Origin: Holophagales bacterium
GTDB taxonomy: Bacteria; Acidobacteriota; Thermoanaerobaculia; Multivoradales; UBA5704
NCBI GenBank assembly: GCA_031404815.1
Contig: JANNIH010000154.1
Span: 2,091 to 66,090 of the forward strand
Direction: 5' to 3'
DNA length: 64,000 nt
The translations under genes were made by a program, and so were the position numbers. Each line of letters opens with the position of its first letter. Positions within the stretch are counted from its first letter, which is position 1. The notes below the pieces were generated by a model. The model was given only the letters and a program-made list of their open reading frames with translations. It had not been told where the DNA came from and did not search any database. Below are positions 27,651 to 36,730 of the stretch, in pieces.

Positions 27651-28280
27651 ATGCTCGCCGAACGTCGCCCGATCCATGCGACCTTGCGCGATATAGACAA
27701 CCTGCCGGAAGAGGTCGTTGCCCATCTCGTCGATGGAGAGCTGATCGTCCATCCTCGCCCCGAGGGGCCGCATGTCGAGGCCGCCAGCGAACTGGGCTGG
27801 ATGCTGATGGGACCTTTCCGCCATGGAATGGGTGGCCCAGGAGGTGGGTCATCCTCGACGAACCGAAGGTCCTTTTCGGCTCCCCAGCTCCTCGTTCCGG
27901 ACCTCGCAGGCTGGAAGAAGGAACGCTTCGTCGCCACCCGAAAGGGACCGTACACCGTCGCCCCCGACTGGGTCTGCGAGATCCTCTCCCCTTCGACTCG
28001 AAGATTCGATTGCTCGACCAAACTCCCGAGCTACACCCGAGCGGGAGTCGGTCACGCCTGGGTTCTCGATCCAGGTGCCCAGACCCTCGAAGTCTTGCGC
28101 CTTCACGAAGGACGCTGGCTCATCGTGTCAGTGCACAAAGGGCGCAGCTCCGTCCGCGCCGAGCCTTTCGACACCGTGGCGCTTGACCTGTCCCTAATTT
28201 GGAGCGACGCCAGTCTTGAGGGTGAACAGGACGACGCGGCTGATTTGAAACAGGCCGACACCTTATCATCGGCCGGATAG
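27651..28280 (+). CDS. Uma2 family (DUF820) endonuclease, second tandem copy
   Basis: …LLVPDLAGWKKERF…APDWVCEILSPSTRRFDCSTKLPSYTRAGVGHAWVLDP…. Confidence 0.7.
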   Translation: MLAERRPIHATLRDIDNLPEEVVAHLVDGELIVHPRPEGPHVEAASELGWMLMGPFRHGMGGPGGGSSSTNRRSFSAPQLLVPDLAGWKKERFVATRKGPYTVAPDWVCEILSPSTRRFDCSTKLPSYTRAGVGHAWVLDPGAQTLEVLRLHEGRWLIVSVHKGRSSVRAEPFDTVALDLSLIWSDASLEGEQDDAADLKQADTLSSAG

Positions 28281-28286
28281 AAACGT

Positions 28287-29024
28287 ATGGTGAACTGTTG
28301 GGCCTCTGGCTTAGGGGACTGCTCCACGAAACAATCGAAGGAGCATTACTATTCAAAAGCAATTCTAGGGGGGAGTCCGGTAACCGTAAAAGGGCTTCCT
28401 TGGTGCATCTCCGCGAAGACAATTCCCGCTGAAGGTTTCGCACGAAACATTCTCTGCGCGAAACACAATTCCGCACTTTCGCAGCTCGACACGGCGGGTA
28501 GCGATGCTATGGAGACATTATCGCGCTTTACTCAAGTCGCCTCGGTGCGCCAAGTGCAACGGCGTACACAAAACCAAATTGTCCGCGGGAATGTCGACGG
28601 TTATCTGCTCGAGAGGTGGTTACTGAAATTTTTGATAGGTCTCGCATTCGAGCATTCGACTCCAACCGGCGAAATGTGGAGGCCGCCAGAGTCTTGGGTC
28701 AAAGTTTGCTTTGGAAGAAAACCCTTCGAAGAAGGCTGTGGTCTCTATGTTGGTCGCTTAGCGCCAGCACATGAGGTTGTTCGGCAGAATCGTGTGTCTG
28801 CCCAAACGATTACACGTGGGTCTGGGCAGATTGACGGCGTGCTGTTCGACCTTAATGGACTTCAACTGCTCCTGACAGTTTCCCCGATGGAGGAACAATT
28901 GCCCGACTACAGGCCAAATTTTCTTTATGATCGACAGGATGACACGACCTGGCAGGTTGTACGGATTTCTTGGTGTGAGCCAGGTGAGCAACTCAGAGAA
29001 GACGATGGCACACACACAGAGTGA
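28287..29024 (+). CDS. Hypothetical protein with N-terminal HNH-like nuclease motif. Low GC (~50%).
   Basis: CWASGLGDC … KEHYYSKAILGG … NILCAKHNSALS parallels the HNH pattern CxxC…DHIxPxxxGG…NLxxLCxxCN. Separated by 6 bp from the upstream Uma2 gene. Confidence 0.5.
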   Translation: MVNCWASGLGDCSTKQSKEHYYSKAILGGSPVTVKGLPWCISAKTIPAEGFARNILCAKHNSALSQLDTAGSDAMETLSRFTQVASVRQVQRRTQNQIVRGNVDGYLLERWLLKFLIGLAFEHSTPTGEMWRPPESWVKVCFGRKPFEEGCGLYVGRLAPAHEVVRQNRVSAQTITRGSGQIDGVLFDLNGLQLLLTVSPMEEQLPDYRPNFLYDRQDDTTWQVVRISWCEPGEQLREDDGTHTE

Positions 29025-29074
29025 TCCGATAATCAAAGAGATTCGATAGGTACTGCACCAGGCATCACCCCCGA

Positions 29075-29120
29075 CCCCTCTTCCCAAGGGAGAGGGGAGA
29101 AAAGCTGAAACGCCTTTCAG
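29075..29120. terminator. Two adjacent hairpins (CCCCTCTtCCC-AAG-GGAGAGGGG and CTGAAA-CGCC-TTTCAG) between convergent genes
   Basis: Seen directly. A T-rich tract follows on the minus strand. Confidence 0.4.
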
Positions 29121-30160
29121 CGGGTGAGGGCTGAATCGGGCATCGCTCCCGGAATTGCCCTCATTTCCTCCAAATACCGCCGGAAGAACGGCAACCCCGC
29201 AAGCGCAGGCACCAGATAGCGCGAGGTGAACAGCAGGCCGAGCGCGGCGGCGGTTTGGGGATCGAGGTAGGGGGCGTAGAGCGCGACGAGCGCGGCGTCT
29301 CGGGTGCCCAACCCCGCGAAGGTGAACGGGGCGAGGCCGGCGAGGATGGCGAGTGCCGCGAGGCCGATGTGTTCGAGAAACGGCACGTAGGCACGCAGGG
29401 CGAGAATGAAGATCCAGAGCTGGACGAAGTGAAGCAGCCAGAGGCCGATCGAGATCGCCACCACCTGCGCGTGGCGCCCCGGTTCGCGCCGGAAGGTGGC
29501 GCGCGTCTCCTCCCAGGCGTCGCGCAGCTTTTCGAGCTTGGATTTGACCTTCCCCGGGGCGAAGCGCAGGCCGAGCCCGAAGACGGCGCGGGCGAAGACC
29601 TCGGAGTTCAGGGTGAGGAAGCCCACCACGGTCGCGACGGAGATCCCCGCCGCAGCGAGCCAGAGCACCACTCCTTTGCTCGGCAGGAACAGCAACCCGA
29701 TGGCGCACCAGAGGAACAGGGCGAGCACGTCGTACGCCTTCTCGAACACAGTGAGCGACAGCGCGAGCGAACCGGGCAGATGGCCGCGCGACTTCAAGAA
29801 GAACGACTTGGCGATATCCCCCATCTTGGACGGGAGCACCATGTTCATCACGTCGGCAACCAGAATCAGGCGCACCGATTCCGCCGGCCCAAGCGCCGTG
29901 CCACTCGGCATCAAGCGGCGCAGGCGCCACCCTTGAACGATTTTGATCAGGACCAGGGCGAGCTGCCCGGCGATCATCCAGCCCAGGTGCGAGCGGGCGA
30001 GCACGAGGGCGACGGCGCGCAGGTCGATCTTCCGGTAGATCAGGGCGAGCAGTGCGAGGCTGACCGCGATCGAGATCCACCGCTTGCGCCGGGTGGCGGC
30101 CGAAGGTTCGGCCAGAGAGGGAGAGGCGGCGGCCGGTTCGGCCGAGGCGGCCGGGCGCAC
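29117..30160 (-). CDS. Integral membrane protein, lysylphosphatidylglycerol-synthase-TM-region-like (UPF0104/flippase-like)
   Basis: Eight or more hydrophobic helices. Family call by resemblance only. Confidence 0.55.
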   Translation of the reverse strand: MRPAASAEPAAASPSLAEPSAATRRKRWISIAVSLALLALIYRKIDLRAVALVLARSHLGWMIAGQLALVLIKIVQGWRLRRLMPSGTALGPAESVRLILVADVMNMVLPSKMGDIAKSFFLKSRGHLPGSLALSLTVFEKAYDVLALFLWCAIGLLFLPSKGVVLWLAAAGISVATVVGFLTLNSEVFARAVFGLGLRFAPGKVKSKLEKLRDAWEETRATFRREPGRHAQVVAISIGLWLLHFVQLWIFILALRAYVPFLEHIGLAALAILAGLAPFTFAGLGTRDAALVALYAPYLDPQTAAALGLLFTSRYLVPALAGLPFFRRYLEEMRAIPGAMPDSALTR

Positions 30161-30167
30161 CCGCGGC

Positions 30168-31202
30168 CTAGCCTTTGTAGGGGAACTGCGGGCCGTACCA
30201 GCTCTCGCGGATCAGCTTCTGCGCTTTCGGCCGGGCAACGAACGGGTACCAGAGGAGCGAGTTGTAGACCAAAGCTCCCTTGGCGAGCAGTTGAACGATC
30301 GGCGTGTCGAACAGCAGCGGTTTCAAGAACGACGCCCGCAACCGCTTGTGGATGCCGCCGAGCAGGTTCGATTTCGGCGTCGCAAATTGCTCGGAGCCGA
30401 CGTCGTCCCCCACCATCCGCCCTTCGATCCCGCCCAAACCCCGCGCCTCGGCGTTGGTGAGGAACCCGATCTGCCGCGGATCGAACCCCATGTAGCGGGC
30501 AGCCGCCGCATCCGCCGCCACCAGGTCGGGCGAGGCGATCACGAGATCGGCGATCCGCACATCCCCCGTCCGCGGCCCCTTCCCCTCCTGGCAGACGGTG
30601 CCGTCGATCACCGTAAAGCGCGGCGCGAGCGCCTGGTTGATGTCGACGATGACCTGGTGGAGCACCGGGTGAAAGTTGTGCCGGAAGGTGGGCAGACACC
30701 CCCACTGATTCTTGAGCGAGGCGGTGATCGTCGAGAGGTGGTGGCACTTCATGACCGGGAGCGTCACCAGGCAATCCGCTTCGAGCAACGTCCGCGGAAA
30801 GACCAGCCGGCGGACGTGCATGCCGTCCACCTCGATCTCCTCCAGCCGATCGCGCGACAGATCGACATACTCAACCCCGTATTTCGCCGCCAGCCGGTCG
30901 TACCCCCAGATCTTCTCCGCCCGACGGACATTGTCCGCCCCCACAATCTGCGAATCCCCCATCTGCAAACGCACGTCCGGCAGCGCCTCCCGAATCGTCT
31001 GCAGAACCCCCTCCAGGACCCAAGGGGAAGTGTTCGTCCCGGGCACCAGAGGGAATGACAGGGTGTTGATCTTCAAAAAAATCCGCTTGCCCTGGATGTG
31101 CTCGCGCCAGGAGGCGAGCTCCATCGCCCGTTTGACCGCAGCCTGGACGCCTTCTCCTTGGGTGACGCGGACGCGGGCTACGGGGGCGATGGGCTTTGGC
31201 AT
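30168..31202 (-). CDS. DUF362 domain protein
   Basis: IFLKINTLS… and …PVMKCHHLSTITASLKNQWGC… motifs typical of DUF362. Confidence 0.7.
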   Translation of the reverse strand: MPKPIAPVARVRVTQGEGVQAAVKRAMELASWREHIQGKRIFLKINTLSFPLVPGTNTSPWVLEGVLQTIREALPDVRLQMGDSQIVGADNVRRAEKIWGYDRLAAKYGVEYVDLSRDRLEEIEVDGMHVRRLVFPRTLLEADCLVTLPVMKCHHLSTITASLKNQWGCLPTFRHNFHPVLHQVIVDINQALAPRFTVIDGTVCQEGKGPRTGDVRIADLVIASPDLVAADAAAARYMGFDPRQIGFLTNAEARGLGGIEGRMVGDDVGSEQFATPKSNLLGGIHKRLRASFLKPLLFDTPIVQLLAKGALVYNSLLWYPFVARPKAQKLIRESWYGPQFPYKG

Positions 31203-31317
31203 GAGGAATCACTGGCGGCGAACGACCGCCCAGGAGATGGTAGCAGACGGCGAGGTCGCCCTCATGGGCGGTCTCGGGGCGCGTTACTCGGCGATGTTCA
31301 ATTCTAAGTGAGGAGGC

Positions 31318-31345
31318 TTGACACGGTGCCACCGTGGGTACATTG
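31318..31345 (+). promoter_or_regulatory. TTGACA, inverted repeat CACGGTG-C-CACCGTG, then TACATT. Putative mazEF promoter with embedded operator.
   Basis: Seen directly 10-38 bp upstream of the mazE ATG (31356). Confidence 0.45.
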
Positions 31346-31355
31346 TAAGTCCGCC

Positions 31356-31604
31356 ATGAAGACACGCCTCGTTCCGATGGGCAATTCTCGCGGGGTTCGG
31401 CTTCCGAAGCCCCTGATCCAGCAAGCCGGCTTGACCGACGAGGTCGAGCTCGAGGTGCGCGGGAATACCATTCTCATCATTGCCCAGAAGGGCCTGCGGG
31501 CGGGTTGGGCGGAGGCGGCTCAGAAGTTGCGAGAGGAAGACGGTGACCGGCTCCTCGATGCTCCGACGCCCACCCGGTTCGACGACGAAGATTGGCAGTG
31601 GTAG
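31356..31604 (+). CDS. mazE: MazE/AbrB-type antitoxin
   Basis: MKTRLVPMGNSRGVRLPKPLIQQAGL… SpoVT/AbrB fold signature. Confidence 0.7.
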   Translation: MKTRLVPMGNSRGVRLPKPLIQQAGLTDEVELEVRGNTILIIAQKGLRAGWAEAAQKLREEDGDRLLDAPTPTRFDDEDWQW

Positions 31605-31930
31605 AGAGACCGGTTCGGCGCGGGGAGGTCTTCCTCGTTGCCCTCGACCCGACCCGCGGAAGCGAAATCCGCAAGACCCGCCCCTGCGTCGTCGTTTCGC
31701 CAGACGAGCTCAACGCCCATCTGAGGACTGCGATCGTTGCACCGCTCACCTCGGCGAGCCGGCCGTACCCGTTTCGAATCGCTTGCCGCTTCTTGGCAAA
31801 GCGCGGCCAAGTTGTCCTGGATCAGCTTCGAACCGTGGATCACGAACGCCTCGTGCGCCCTCTTGGCCGCCTTTCGGAGCCGACGCTGTCTTACGTTCTC
31901 GCCGCCCTCCAGGAGATGTTCGAGCCCTGA
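31592..31930 (+). CDS. mazF: MazF/PemK family endoribonuclease toxin
   Basis: GTG start overlapping mazE. RGEVFLVALDPTRGSEIRKTRPCVVVS…. Confidence 0.75.
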   Translation: MAVVERPVRRGEVFLVALDPTRGSEIRKTRPCVVVSPDELNAHLRTAIVAPLTSASRPYPFRIACRFLAKRGQVVLDQLRTVDHERLVRPLGRLSEPTLSYVLAALQEMFEP

Positions 31931-32245
31931 GGACGGCTATCGGGCTCGGTTGCGCTCTTGTGCTCCTTGTGTTCGCGCTTTCGCGTTACGGTCGAGCACA
32001 GTAACCGGAGCTGTTCGAGCGCTCGGTCGACGGACGACGCGCCCGAATCGCGACGCGCCGCGAGGGGCGAACCCCTCCGGATCGCCGAGGAGTGGAGCGC
32101 GAACCCGCGGCGGTTCTCGATGGACGCGAAGAACCGGTTTGCCGAACGCTGGAAACGCACTTCGAAACGTAAGGAGCGCAGTTGCGACGCAATGTAGGAC
32201 TGCACGGACGCCGAGAAGCAGCGCGGAGACGCCAAGACCCGGTTC

Positions 32246-32650
32246 GCCGAACACAAGCTCCGCTGCGGCGAACACCGGGCGCGCTACAGCGAACACAAAA
32301 CCCGCTTCGCGGGGTGCCCGAAGCGGCGCGGGACGTCTCGGAACCGGGCCAAAGCGTTTGCGATCCGGGTCGCAGCGTTCGCGGTCCGGGTCGTAGCGTT
32401 CGCGATCCGGGCCAGAGCGTTCGAAAACCTCGGCTTTGCGTCTGTGCACCAGTGCACAGCGTCCGGGAACCACTCCCCAGCGTTCAGCACCCGGGTCCGT
32501 GCGTTCGGAAACCAGGTCGGTGCGTCCGCGAAGTCGCTCGGGGTGTTCGGCCACCGCTTCCGGGTGTCCACGGAGCGGGCCGGCGTTTTCGGGGAGCGGC
32601 TCAGGGTAGCGCCGCCGTCCTTCGTCGCGTTCGGAGTCCGCTTTGCCCCG
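32246..32650. repeat. 21-bp periodic degenerate repeats. Left array has a GCGAACAC core, right array an AGCGTTCGC core (inverted orientation). Includes near-perfect 4x21-bp tandem run at 32353-32436.
   Basis: Seen directly. agcgtttgcgatccgggtcgc / agcgttcgcggtccgggtcgt / agcgttcgcgatccgggccag / agcgttcgaaaacctcggctt. Confidence 0.6.
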
Positions 32651-32659
32651 TGCGTCCTG

Positions 32660-32833
32660 CTACCGCTCTTGCTCCGCTCCCAAAACCTCGCGTTTGCGCT
32701 TCATGCGGTAGAGCAGGAACGCGCCCGCTCCGACGAAAAAGACGCTGCACAGGTAGCTCCCCTCAGGCCCTTGCGCACCGCCCGTCAGAAAGCCGGGGCC
32801 TCGCGCGACGAGCTGGACCAGCAGCGCGGCCGC
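32660..32833 (-). pseudogene. 3-prime fragment of a CPBP-protease paralog (C-terminal tail only), fused to the read-through end of cupin copy 1
   Basis: Translation …LLVQLVARGPGFLTGGAQGPEGSYLCSVFFVGAGAFLLYRMKRKRE matches the C-terminus of the 35144-36049 product. Confidence 0.5.
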
Positions 32834-33192
32834 AACTGCTCTTCGAGCGATCGGGTCTTCTCGGTCTTCACGTCGCCGGTGTGCTGGGTGGTCTTTCTCT
32901 CGATGAGCAGGAGGTGGCATTCCTCGTCCGCGACCGGGTTGTGGCGAACCCCCTTGGGAACCACGAACATCTCGCCTTCGTCCAGCTCGACCGACCCGTT
33001 CTCCATCTCGATGCGAAGGTGACCCTTGAGGATCAAGAACAGCTCGTCTTCGTTCTCGTGGCTGTGCCACGCCAAAGTACCCTGGACCGCCGCGACCTTG
33101 ACGTAAACGTCGTCCACCTCGCCGATGATCCGCGGCGACCACCGCTCGGTAAGAGAGAGAGCGACTTCCTTCGGCGAAACAACTTTCGGCAT
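32785..33192 (-). CDS. Cupin domain protein, copy 1 (about 95% identical to 36147-36518). Native stop codon deleted.
   Basis: MPKVVSPKEVALSLTERWSPRIIGEVDDVYVKVAAVQGTLAWHSHENEDELFLILKGHL… ATG at 33192. Confidence 0.6.
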   Translation of the reverse strand: MPKVVSPKEVALSLTERWSPRIIGEVDDVYVKVAAVQGTLAWHSHENEDELFLILKGHLRIEMENGSVELDEGEMFVVPKGVRHNPVADEECHLLLIERKTTQHTGDVKTEKTRSLEEQLRPRCWSSSSREAPAF

Positions 33193-33370
33193 GGCAGGCT
33201 CCAGAGTCTCCGACCGGTGCATCGAGCAGGTCTTGGCGGGTAATACGACGGGAGGAAGACGCGGGTTTCGGTCCCCGTCAGCTCGCCAGACCACGCACCG
33301 CCCAGGCGCGCGCCTTCGCCCTCACCCTACTCGCCCTTGGCCCTGCAGGCGGATCGAGCCCGGAGGCTCG

Positions 33371-34159
<789 letters not shown>

Positions 34160-34216
34160 ACCGAGGTTATGCGGCTCTTAGTGGCTTGATGCGAATGCTC
34201 ATCTCACACCTCGTCC

Positions 34217-35062
34217 CTATTGGTAGTCGGCAATCTCGACGTCATAGGCATCTCCGCCGGGAGAGCGAGGCATTCCGCGCACCGCCCAGGCGCGCGCCTT
34301 GAGCTGAATGCGCCCGTCGGCCCCCGACTGAAGGCGCCGCCGGACCCGTTCTTTCAACCGCTCACGGCTCAGCGGCTCGAGCGCGGTGACGTAGCCCGGA
34401 CCTGGACCGGTGCCACGGAGAAAGGGCGACCAGTAATCCTCGAAGTCGGCGAAGTCGGTCGGGAAATCCAGGGGGCCGGTCTCGACCTGGGCAAACCCGG
34501 CTTTCTCAAGTAGCTCGACCAGCGCCTGGGGCTGACAGAGCGGGAAGCGCAGGCTCTCGCTCAAGGTGGCTGCGCGAGGGTCCGAAGCGATCGCTTCTTC
34601 CCAGAAGTACCGCAGGAACTCCATGCCTCCCGAGTAGTCCCAGACGTAGGCGGCGAAGGTGCCACCCGGCCGGAGGCGTTCTCGGATGGCGGCCAAAGCC
34701 AAGGCAGGATCGGGCAGCAAGTTCAAAACCAGGCCAGTCACGATGGCGTCGAAACCGCCCTCTCTGCCGGGGAGGGCCTCGGCTCCGGTGACTACGAACG
34801 AGGCGCGATCGTCCGAGAGCCGGGTCCGAGCGTGCTCGATGAACGATTCGGATGGGTCGCAGGCGACGACCGAGGCCGGCTCGCAGAGATCGCTGATCGC
34901 GGCGGTGAGCGCTCCCGTGCCGCATCCCACATCGAGCCAATGGGCCAAAGGCTCCGGGCGCAGCCAGTCGATGAAGACCCGCGCCAACGGGCGACTCCAG
35001 CGGCCCATGTAGGCTTCGTAGGAGTCGCCGGCCAGCCAGTTTTCGTTCGTCAGGTAAGTCAT
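34217..35062 (-). CDS. Class I SAM-dependent methyltransferase
   Basis: LDVGCGTGALT motif I. Confidence 0.8.
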   Translation of the reverse strand: MTYLTNENWLAGDSYEAYMGRWSRPLARVFIDWLRPEPLAHWLDVGCGTGALTAAISDLCEPASVVACDPSESFIEHARTRLSDDRASFVVTGAEALPGREGGFDAIVTGLVLNLLPDPALALAAIRERLRPGGTFAAYVWDYSGGMEFLRYFWEEAIASDPRAATLSESLRFPLCQPQALVELLEKAGFAQVETGPLDFPTDFADFEDYWSPFLRGTGPGPGYVTALEPLSRERLKERVRRRLQSGADGRIQLKARAWAVRGMPRSPGGDAYDVEIADYQ

Positions 35063-35143
35063 TCCGGAATCACGTACTCAACATCGGCGACCTCGAAGAT
35101 CGTAGCCCGGAGCGGAGAAATTTGGAAGGCCACCCGGCGAAAG

Positions 35144-36049
35144 CTACGCCGGTTCCGAGGCCTCGCGATTCCGCCTCGTGCGCCAGAGGAGAAACGCGAT
35201 CCCGCCGACGAAGAAGACGCTGCAGAGGAAGCTCCCTTCAGGCCCCTGGGCGCCACCGGTCAGGTAGTCCGGCCCGTGGGCGATCAACTTCACCAGCAGC
35301 GCCGGCTGCTTCGCATCGAGGCCCGTGACCGGTAGCTCGAAACCGGTCGCCAAGAGCCAATTCCACCCGGCGTGCCAACCCATGACCCCCCAGATGTTTC
35401 GGGTCTTGAGCGCCCAGCAACAAGCGAACACGGCGAAGAGAAGAGAGCTGACGATGACGAGAACGGGTTGATGCGGGCTGTAGTGCAGAAAGGCGAAAAC
35501 GATCGCGTTGAGGCCGACGGCGATCGGTACGTTGAACTTGCCGGCGACCGCCGAAAGCAGCCAACCGCGGAAGACGATTTCCTCGACGCTCGATTGCACG
35601 GCAAAGCAGATTAGCAAAAGTCCTATGCTCAGCAACGCGCCCGGTGAGCTTAGCGCTGGTCCGAATCCCTCCGCTTCGAGACCGCCCGCCGCCCAGATCG
35701 CGACGACGACCGAAGATACGGTGGCCATGCCGATCCACAGGCCGAGTAGAAACTTTCTTGCCTTGCGAGGACCCGCCAGGCCGATGGTTGCGAGGGGGCG
35801 TCGCTCGACCAGAAGAACCCAGGCGAACACGACGAGGCCAAGCGCCACAAAGTGAAAGATCAGTAACGCGAACAGCCCCGACAAGCCCAGGGGGTCACCC
35901 TTCGCGTCCTCCAGTTGAAAATGCTCCAGCACGAGGCCCACCAAGACGGCGGGAACCGCGACGAGCAAGACGCAAAGGAACGGCGCGAAGGCGCCCCAGG
36001 GAAGCCAACCCTTTGCGGGCTCGGGCGAGTAGATGGCGATCGATTTCAT
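35144..36049 (-). CDS. CPBP family intramembrane metalloprotease (CAAX protease/Abi domain) with unusual C-terminal sorting-signal-like tail
   Basis: EEIVFRGWLL and FAFLHY motifs. C-terminal GPEGSFLCSVFFVGGIAFLLWRTRRNRE. Confidence 0.7.
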   Translation of the reverse strand: MKSIAIYSPEPAKGWLPWGAFAPFLCVLLVAVPAVLVGLVLEHFQLEDAKGDPLGLSGLFALLIFHFVALGLVVFAWVLLVERRPLATIGLAGPRKARKFLLGLWIGMATVSSVVVAIWAAGGLEAEGFGPALSSPGALLSIGLLLICFAVQSSVEEIVFRGWLLSAVAGKFNVPIAVGLNAIVFAFLHYSPHQPVLVIVSSLLFAVFACCWALKTRNIWGVMGWHAGWNWLLATGFELPVTGLDAKQPALLVKLIAHGPDYLTGGAQGPEGSFLCSVFFVGGIAFLLWRTRRNREASEPA

Positions 36050-36146
36050 GGTGCTCCTGCTTGCGTGATTCCAGGTTGATTGGGCAAGCCCTGCCCCGGC
36101 CGGGGCGAGCCCGCGGCGAAGGTGGGGAGGCTTGAACGAGGATTGT

Positions 36147-36518
36147 CTATACAGGCCGCAGTTGCTCTTCGAGCGACCGTGTTCTCTCGGTCTTCACGTC
36201 GCCTGTATGCAGGGTGGTCTTTCTCTCGATGAGCAGGAGGTGGCATTCCTCGTCCGCGACCGGGTTGTGGCGAACGCCCTTTGGAACCACGAACATTTCG
36301 CCCTCGTCCAGCTCGACCGACCCGTCCTCCAACTCGATGCGAAGGTGACCCTTGAGGATCAAAAACAGCTCGTCTTCGTTCTCGTGGCTATGCCAAGCCA
36401 AAGTACCCTGAACCGCCGCGACCTTGACGTAGACATCGTCGACCTCGCCGATGATCCGCGGCGACCAGTGCTCGGTGAGGGCGAGGGCAACTTCTTTCGG
36501 GGAAACAACTCTCGGCAT
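36147..36518 (-). CDS. Cupin domain protein, copy 2 (123 aa, intact)
   Basis: Near-identical to copy 1. ATG at 36518. Confidence 0.8.
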   Translation of the reverse strand: MPRVVSPKEVALALTEHWSPRIIGEVDDVYVKVAAVQGTLAWHSHENEDELFLILKGHLRIELEDGSVELDEGEMFVVPKGVRHNPVADEECHLLLIERKTTLHTGDVKTERTRSLEEQLRPV

Positions 36519-36730
36519 GGGTGGCTCCTCTTGCCCGCTGGGGCACCTCGGATCGGTCTGGCCAGATCTTACGCTCTACGACCGGACGGAGTTTCGGCGA
36601 CAACCTTCTTCCTGAGACGGCGCTTTCACCGGATCGACGACACCCGTGAACCCTGGTCGGGTCGAAAGCGAGGGGAAGCACCACGCCTCACGCCTCGCCG
36701 CGATAGGCTAGGCCGCCCGCGGTGCATCCG

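Noticed and set aside
28758-30460. Overlapping long ORFs (28758-30080 minus, 29255-30460 plus) across the LPG-synthase-like membrane gene
   Set aside because: Out-of-frame or antisense to a hydrophobic membrane protein with a consistent TM pattern. Arg-rich junk translation.
32182-33243. 353-aa plus ORF and 32284-32571 minus ORF within the 21-bp repeat tract
   Set aside because: Heptad-like periodicity appears in all frames because of the 21-bp DNA period. No start context. The ORFs overlap the cupin copy. Reported as a repeat region rather than genes, with the coiled-coil gene-wreck alternative noted.
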